DNA from: a virus
Taxonomy: Duplodnaviria; Heunggongvirae; Uroviricota; Caudoviricetes
Reading direction: 5' to 3' (one strand)
Virus record (IMG/VR): IMGVR_UViG_3300035497_000275
Span: 1 to 64,000 of that record
DNA: 64,000 nt
Shown here: positions 63,341-64,000 of the stretch, in pieces
Layout: every line of letters begins with the position of its first letter
Position numbering within the stretch: position 1 is the first letter of the stretch
The notes under the pieces: generated by a model
What the model saw: the letters and a program-made list of their open reading frames with translations, nothing else
Told to the model about the DNA's origin: nothing
Databases searched by the model: none
Program-made: the position numbers and the translations under genes

Positions 63341-64000
63341 ATGGCAAGAAAGTCTGGCAGTTCTACTGCCAACCAAATTAAAAAGAAACAGTGTTCTACT
63401 TGTCAAAATGATAAACGGATCAATGATTTTTATATGAGTTATAATCCGTTGCATATGGATAATAGGATGCCGATTTGTAAGGAATGTATTCGTAATGCTT
63501 GTTTTACTGAAGATGGAGAATTTGATATCGAAAAATTGTATTCTATTCTTCGTCAAACAGATCGCCCATTCTTATGTAATATTTGGGAAAAGAGTATTAA
63601 TGAAGTTCAGAAAAACACTGGCGTAAAATACGAAGATATTTCTTATGATGCTGTTTTGGGTAAATATTTTAAAAATATTGCTTTGCAACAGCATCGTTCA
63701 AAAACTTGGTCTGATAGCATTTTTGATTCAAAATCAAGCGCAGATAGTTATGTTGAAAGTTCACGCAGAAAGAGTGGAATATACAATGATAAGGTATTTT
63801 ATCTTTCTCAGGATGATTTCAAGGTAACAAACGAAATTATTCAGTTATTCGGTGAAGGATATACTTCAAAAGAATATTCGATTATGAATCATTATTACGA
63901 AACAATGCTACAAGATTATCCGAATATCACAAGCAGTCAAAAAAATCTGTTGATTCGTTATGTTAGATTTGCGGCAAAAGAGGAATTGGCAACAAGTTAT
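63341..64000 (+). CDS. hypothetical protein with N-terminal CxxC...CxxC zinc ribbon, 5' part; continues past window end
   Basis: ATG at 63341 with GAGGTGG RBS. Open reading frame to position 64000 (MARKSGSSTANQIKKKQCSTCQNDKRINDFYMSYNPLHMDNRMPICKECIRNAC...). Not in the ORF track because it has no stop in the window. Confidence 0.5.
   Translation, partial: MARKSGSSTANQIKKKQCSTCQNDKRINDFYMSYNPLHMDNRMPICKECIRNACFTEDGEFDIEKLYSILRQTDRPFLCNIWEKSINEVQKNTGVKYEDISYDAVLGKYFKNIALQQHRSKTWSDSIFDSKSSADSYVESSRRKSGIYNDKVFYLSQDDFKVTNEIIQLFGEGYTSKEYSIMNHYYETMLQDYPNITSSQKNLLIRYVRFAAKEELATSY

Noticed and set aside
1-64000. CRISPR arrays, IS elements or transposases
   Set aside because: No regularly spaced direct repeats with unique spacers. 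No transposase-like ORFs or terminal inverted repeats were seen.

Overview
This window looks like an internal segment of a large, AT-rich tailed phage or prophage of a low-GC Gram-positive host. It contains no recognisable host housekeeping genes. Positions 1 to about 45,200 are one leftward (minus-strand) block. Positions 46,146 to the window end run rightward. The two blocks meet at a divergent control region (about 45,200-46,145) with iteron-like repeats and promoters in both orientations.

The leftward block holds:
- a replication module: PD-(D/E)XK nuclease, TOPRIM-like primase, DnaB helicase, Sak4-like ATPase, HD hydrolase, and three homing-endonuclease-like genes;
- a DNA-modification island with four DNA methyltransferases, an SPFH protein and small membrane peptides;
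- a three-domain Pnkp-like RNA end-healing/sealing enzyme;
- an EndoA/MazF-type toxin next to an XRE/ImmA-type immunity module and a tRNA-Ser;
- a long run of small genes that also contains a Thg1-like enzyme, a CCA-adding enzyme, a Pol-beta-type nucleotidyltransferase, a Lar-like restriction-alleviation protein and several zinc-ribbon proteins.

The rightward block holds a small tyrosine recombinase, a UvrD-like helicase, a cysteine desulfurase, FolD, a macro-domain protein, a fifth compact methyltransferase, a 1055-aa protein with a beta-prime-like ADFDSD motif (candidate single-subunit RNA polymerase), ClpP-like and PhoH-like proteins, a metallophosphoesterase, HU, and a nine-tRNA array driven by a consensus promoter.

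The four main observations are:
1. A dispersed phage-encoded tRNA/RNA repair toolkit: the Pnkp-like enzyme, the Thg1-like enzyme, the CCA-adding enzyme with an HD domain, the Pol-beta nucleotidyltransferase, the macro domain, the cysteine desulfurase, ten tRNAs and two tRNA-like elements.
2. A G7-G9 homopolymer associated with every one of the five DNA methyltransferase genes. One methyltransferase is frameshifted at its tract, and one tract sits in a leader uORF. This suggests slipped-strand phase variation, or homopolymer sequencing error.
3. A conserved 17-bp motif, ATAACCATAAAT(G/A)CAAG, upstream of several operons. It may be a phage-specific promoter, possibly for the candidate RNA polymerase.
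4. Two tRNA-like elements with aberrant anticodon arms.

All calls are from reading motifs in the supplied translations and the DNA; no searches were run.
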